In this document: piece after piece, positions 60,694 to 64,000 of the stretch
Numbering within the stretch: position 1 is the first letter of the stretch
Layout: every line of letters starts with the position of its first letter
Assembly (NCBI GenBank): GCA_046582655.1
Contig: JAYGDX010000280.1
Coordinates: 98,493 to 162,492, forward strand
DNA from: Candidatus Poribacteria bacterium
GTDB taxonomy: Bacteria > Poribacteria > WGA-4E > UBA9662
DNA: 64,000 bases
Reading direction: 5' to 3'
The notes under the pieces: generated by a model
Seen by the model: the letters and a program-made list of their open reading frames with translations, nothing else
The model's database searches: none
What the model was told of the DNA's origin: nothing
Made by a program: the position numbers and the translations under genes

Positions 60694-61881
60694 ATGAGGT
60701 CGTCACAAGAATTCATTGAAGAGGCACGAAAAGAGATCCCAGAGGTAACCGTCAGTGACGTGGAGCAGATGCTTAATACCGATCAAGATTTTATTCTGCT
60801 TGACGTGCGAGATAACGATGAATATCGTGCAGGTTACATTCCTTCATCCACCTATGTCAGTCGTGGAATGCTTGAGTTTGAGATAGAGGATTATGTGACT
60901 GAACGTGATAAACCGATTGTTGTTTACTGTGCGGGAGGATTTCGATCACTTCTGGCTGCTCAAGTGCTGAAGCGGATGGGATACACTGACACAACCTCCA
61001 TGTCCGGGGGGTTTCGAGCATGGTCGAATGCTGGCAATCAAGTCGACAAGCCGATGCAGATGACACCAGATCAACTTGAACGGTACAGCCGTCATTTTAT
61101 GTTGCAAGAAGTTGGTGAAGAGGGGCAGGCTAAGTTACTGAACTCAAAGGTTCTCTTGACTGGGGCAGGGGGACTCGGATCTCCTGCAGCAGTATATCTT
61201 GCCGCTTCTGGTGTTGGAACCATTGGTATTGTTGACTCCGACATTGTTGACCGGAGCAATCTCCAACGTCAGATACTCCACCATACCGGTGATGTTGACA
61301 AATCCAAAGTGCAATCCTCAGTAGAGACCATCAATTCGATGAATCCGGATATCAACGTTGTACCCCACTTGTTGAGGCTGGATGAAAGTAATGTGATGGA
61401 GATCTTTGAACAGTATGATCTCATCCTAGACGGCACAGACAATTTTGCCACTCGTTATTTGATTAATGATGCTGCTGTTCTGTTGAATAAAACAGTTGTC
61501 CATGGTAGCATTTTTCAATTTGAGGGACAGCTAACGGTCTTCGATCCCACTCAAGGACCTTGCTATCGATGTATGTTCCCGATACCACCACCACCAGGCC
61601 TAGTACCTGGCTGAAACGAGGCTGGAGTTCTGGGCGTGCTCCCGGGCGTAATTGGCGTTATGATGGCGACAGAAGCAATTAAAATCCTGCTGGATATCGG
61701 TAAACCTTTAATCGGGCGTCTGCTTGTCTATGATTCTCTGGCAATGCGGTTTCGAGAGTTTAATATCAATCGCAGCAAGGATTGGCTGATAGGACAACCA
61801 CATCCGGTAATTGAGGCGCTCTTACCTGATTATGAGGCTTATGCTGATATGGATCATCCTGCTGAGGATGCCGCCGACTAG
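60694..61881 (+). CDS. moeB: Rhodanese + MoeB/ThiF adenylyltransferase, 395 aa if TGA 61612-61614 is read as selenocysteine
   Basis: Rhodanese YCAGGFRS; RYSRH, GAGGLG, SNLQRQ, DGTDNF, CYRC. ORFs 60694-61614 and 61636-61881 are in one frame: PPPPGLVPG-TGA-NEAGVLGVLPG. Confidence 0.85.
61615..61659 (+). promoter_or_regulatory. Candidate bacterial SECIS element
   Basis: UCUGGG[CGUGCU]CCCGGG upper stem-loop with GU early in the loop, 20 nt after the UGA; AACG/CGUU lower pairing. Folded by eye. Confidence 0.5.
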
Positions 61882-61885
61882 CGAA

Positions 61886-62983
61886 ATGGAAACTTTCGCA
61901 GAGATCGACCTTTCTGCGATTCAAACCAACGTAAAAGCAATTAGATCCTACATCGATCCGGCCAAGGTTATCGCTGTTATCAAAGCTGATGCCTATGGTC
62001 ATGGTGCTATACCGGTTGCCCGAACCTTAGCTGATGATGTAATGATGTTCGCGGTGGCTACGGTTGATGAAGCCATTGAGCTTCGTCAAGCCGAAATTCA
62101 CCATCCTATCCTCATCCTTTACAACGTCCTTCCCCACTTGATTGAAAAAGCGGTTATCCGAAAAATTACGCTTACGGTATCAGAAGCCGAACTGCCAAAG
62201 GCACTTTCCCAAATCGCACAGCGGAAAAATCGAGATATTAAAATTCATGTTAATATAAACACCGGCATGAACCAAGATGGAGTCCAATGCAATCAAGCTG
62301 TTGGTTTTCTGCAATGGCTGAATACTCTTCCAGGTATTATGGTTGAGGGAGTCTTCACCCATTTCGCAACAGCGGATAAGATAACTAATACTGAATTGGA
62401 TCAACAACTTTGCCGATTCAATTCGGTTATTGACAAGCTGGGTAGGCTAAATCTCCTGCCAGTCATTGTTCATGCAGCTAATAGTTCTGCTATGCTAAAA
62501 CGTAAGGACACACATTTTGACGCTGTACGCATCGGCTTAACTCTGTTCGGTCTTAATCCACTTGTGGGAACTCAGGATTTTCTGCCACTCCAATCTGCTC
62601 TGGAATGGAAAACCCGGGTCATATCGACTAAGGAGATTGGTGTTGGTGAAGGGATAAGTTATGGTTTTACTTATAGGGCTGAAAAACCAATTCACATTGC
62701 CACGGCTAGAATAGGGTACGCGGATGGGTACTCAAGGTTGCTTTCAAACACTGGCATAGCGTTGATTGGAGGAAAAACCCGTAAGCTAGCCGGGCAGGTA
62801 TGTATGGATGTTTCAGTCTTTGAGGTCGACAACTCGGTCAATATCGGTGATCAGGTCGTCCTCATTGGTTGGCAAGGTAATTGTCATATCAATGCCGAGC
62901 AAATGGCAAAAAAAATAGGGACAATCACTTACGAAATCCTAACCGGGATCAGTAAGCGTGTCCCTCGTATTTATAGAGACTAA
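61886..62983 (+). CDS. alr: Alanine racemase family protein (start ATG 61886)
   Basis: AVIKADAYGHG, FTHFA, HAANS, VRIG, ISYG, GYADG, VCMD, YEIL. Confidence 0.85.
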   Translation: METFAEIDLSAIQTNVKAIRSYIDPAKVIAVIKADAYGHGAIPVARTLADDVMMFAVATVDEAIELRQAEIHHPILILYNVLPHLIEKAVIRKITLTVSEAELPKALSQIAQRKNRDIKIHVNINTGMNQDGVQCNQAVGFLQWLNTLPGIMVEGVFTHFATADKITNTELDQQLCRFNSVIDKLGRLNLLPVIVHAANSSAMLKRKDTHFDAVRIGLTLFGLNPLVGTQDFLPLQSALEWKTRVISTKEIGVGEGISYGFTYRAEKPIHIATARIGYADGYSRLLSNTGIALIGGKTRKLAGQVCMDVSVFEVDNSVNIGDQVVLIGWQGNCHINAEQMAKKIGTITYEILTGISKRVPRIYRD

Positions 62984-62990
62984 TACTCTA

Positions 62991-63767
62991 TTAGAAACTC
63001 GCCATTTTCAGTAGTCCCCAAGTGGTGGCAACTTTGTCGGCTGGGGAAACAGAAAGATTATGCATTGGATCTTCCATATCCTCGACAATTTCTGCTTCGG
63101 TCAAGACACGATTATACATCTTAATTTCGTCTAGGAACCCATCGATCCATCGACCGCTTCCACCACGACATCCGATATACAGATTCCCATTTCCTTTCTC
63201 TACCGCCCCTTTGCATGGGAGTTCTTTTCGTAACTTTCCGTCACCATAGATTTTAATCTCTTTACCGTCGAACGTGCCAGTACAATGATGCCATTGTTTG
63301 TCAATTGTTATGGGACCACCAATTGCCTCATCGTCACATTCGTCAGGCCAATCGTTAGCTTGCAACAGGATTCCACCGCCATACTCAGGCAATAGGTTAT
63401 ACTCCCCTACCTGCCAAGCGGGTTCTTTTTCTACTCCGCTCTGGACATCGCCAGTAGCTCTCATCAATTTTGACCAAAACATAATCGTCATCTTGTTAGT
63501 GAGATCAAGACTGTCGTGATCTTTAACTTCTAACCAGTTGCCTATTCCTAGTTCAATGCAACCTCCATGTTTACCGGCTGCAGCCCAAGCTGTCTTCTTG
63601 CGAAATTCGGCTTTATGACCAAATTGCGATAGATCTTCAGCTACTTTCCCCGATTGTTCTTCGAAGGGTAGATAAAGAACTATTGTTGGGTCAATATCGG
63701 CTTGAAGAAGCACAGGGATTAGGCAGAAACACATGATGATAGTTAGAATAAGGAAGTTTGATTTCAT
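62991..63767 (-). CDS. Secreted LamG-like protein with C-terminal tail
   Basis: Signal peptide; VLYLPFEE, WHHCTGTFDG, GFLDEIKMYNR; ends SVSPADKVATTWGLLKMASF. Confidence 0.85.
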   Translation of the reverse strand: MKSNFLILTIIMCFCLIPVLLQADIDPTIVLYLPFEEQSGKVAEDLSQFGHKAEFRKKTAWAAAGKHGGCIELGIGNWLEVKDHDSLDLTNKMTIMFWSKLMRATGDVQSGVEKEPAWQVGEYNLLPEYGGGILLQANDWPDECDDEAIGGPITIDKQWHHCTGTFDGKEIKIYGDGKLRKELPCKGAVEKGNGNLYIGCRGGSGRWIDGFLDEIKMYNRVLTEAEIVEDMEDPMHNLSVSPADKVATTWGLLKMASF

Positions 63768-63844
63768 TGCCTTCTCCTTTTTATTGATTAGGAGTTACAA
63801 GAAGATATTTTACCGGATCTCTCTTGTAAATCAGGTTAAGTGAA

Positions 63845-64000
63845 TTACAAGCTGGATTTGATAATGGCCCAAGTGGTAGTCACTTTATCGGCAGGGGAAA
63901 TAGAAAGATTGTGTTTGGGATTCTTCATATCTTCCACAATTTCTTCTTCTGTTAGGGGACGATTATACATTTTAATTTCATCCAGAAATCCTTCTGTCCA
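63845..64000 (-). CDS. 3' end of a tandem LamG paralog (partial)
   Basis: WTEGFLDEIKMYNRPLTEEEIVEDMKNPKHNLSISPADKVTTTWAIIKSSL*. Confidence 0.85.
   Translation of the reverse strand, partial: WTEGFLDEIKMYNRPLTEEEIVEDMKNPKHNLSISPADKVTTTWAIIKSSL

Noticed and set aside
61612..61614. Genome-wide TGA reassignment (genetic code 4 or 25)
   Set aside because: TGA is the normal stop of several complete genes (for example at 2164, 6414, 14313, 50058) and Trp is encoded by TGG, so any read-through must be site-specific.
61636..61881. Independent 81-aa gene
   Set aside because: It is the in-frame C-terminal part of MoeB.
33..63519. Numerous 60-210 aa ORFs antisense to or nested in long genes (for example 7143-7610, 29221-29745, 35765-36400)
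   Set aside because: They are shadow ORFs of well-supported genes and have no motifs of their own.

Overview
AT-rich bacterial DNA, gene-dense, with no rRNA, tRNA, CRISPR array, transposase or phage gene that I could recognise. The content suggests a marine Ca. Poribacteria-like organism (inference only): many PhyH-type 2OG-Fe(II) dioxygenases, FGE-sulfatase/CLec-fold proteins, ASPIC/UnbV (CRTAC1-like) proteins, TPR proteins, DUF6785/6784 membrane proteins and LamG/DUF1080-like secreted proteins. Two accessory loci of similar composition (about 1-18.6 kb and 45-53.4 kb) flank a block of housekeeping genes (ppx, CHAD x2, pdxH, mutY, glpK, moaC, rqcH, pbpC, uxaC-like). Main observations: (1) a rhodanese-MoeB gene whose conserved crossover-loop Cys codon is an in-frame TGA followed by a SECIS-like hairpin, so it is probably a selenoprotein that the ORF caller split; (2) eight proteins of several folds end in the same K-x4-W-[GA]-x2-K tail, a candidate sorting or anchoring signal; (3) an alternating, mosaic PhyH/FGE-lipoprotein array; (4) a hidden CYTH pseudogene that completes a CYTH-CHAD-CHAD-Ppx polyphosphate cluster; (5) mutY lacks a canonical start codon; (6) long intergenic hairpins and several pseudogenes. 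Family assignments come from motifs read by eye, not from database searches.
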